Source: an uncultured Erysipelotrichaceae bacterium (lineage in GTDB: Bacteria; Bacillota_I; Bacilli_A; Erysipelotrichales; Erysipelotrichaceae). From it: a DNA stretch of 64,000 bases. The notes under the pieces were generated by a model. It did no database searches, had not been told where the DNA came from, and saw nothing but the letters and a program-made list of their open reading frames with translations. The translations under genes and the position numbers were made by a program. The stretch lies in contig OMXQ01000006.1 in assembly GCA_900315065.1 (NCBI GenBank), positions 7,100 to 71,099 of the forward strand, given 5' to 3'. Shown here in pieces: positions 63,864-64,000 of this stretch; the first letter of the stretch is position 1; each line of letters opens with the position of its first letter.

Positions 63864-64000
63864 ATGAAGAAGCCAGAATTTAATGATGAATTTGCAAAAA
63901 CAAAACTGAGAGAACATAAGACTTTCGGCGGAAAGACCGTAGAAATTATGTACGGTGCCAAGGACGAAAACGGAAATCCGGTAAGCCCGAGGGATGGTGT
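63864..64000 (+). CDS. 5' end of a hypothetical gene cut by the window edge
   Basis: GAGGAG SD, open frame MKKPEFNDEF... to the end of the window. Confidence 0.45.
   Translation, partial: MKKPEFNDEFAKTKLREHKTFGGKTVEIMYGAKDENGNPVSPRDG

Overview
Chromosomal window from a Gram-positive (Bacillota-type) bacterium; the taxon is inferred from gene content, not determined. The centre (14219-48455, ~34.2 kb) is a siphovirus-type prophage, mostly on the - strand, integrated at the 3' end of tRNA-Trp by a large serine recombinase. The 9-bp att core CCCTGCCAT lies inside the integrase ORF. The tail module carries a clear diversity-generating retroelement (DGR): RT 16603-17757, template repeat 17929-18041 and variable repeat 18192-18304 in a 434-aa target gene. 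TR and VR differ at 18 positions, all at TR adenines, and the cassette has no avd gene. The phage replication initiator is split by an extra 22-bp unit in its iteron array. A PLD-like gene sits between terS and terL, next to a ParB-methyltransferase fusion. The left flank has a sulfoquinovose-type catabolic cluster (YihQ-like GH31, PfkB kinase, SqvD/SftI-like isomerase, reductase, DUF4867, TauE, ROK) with no sugar-cleaving enzyme, bracketed by two TTAATTAA-N5-TTAATTAA boxes, followed by rarA and tRNAs. The right flank has tRNA-Glu, a heterodimeric ABC exporter, tRNA-Gly, mutY, a GmrSD-like restriction protein, a putative arginine/guanidino-compound operon and DhuD/DhuI-like genes. All protein family calls come from motif recognition by eye; no database search was run.
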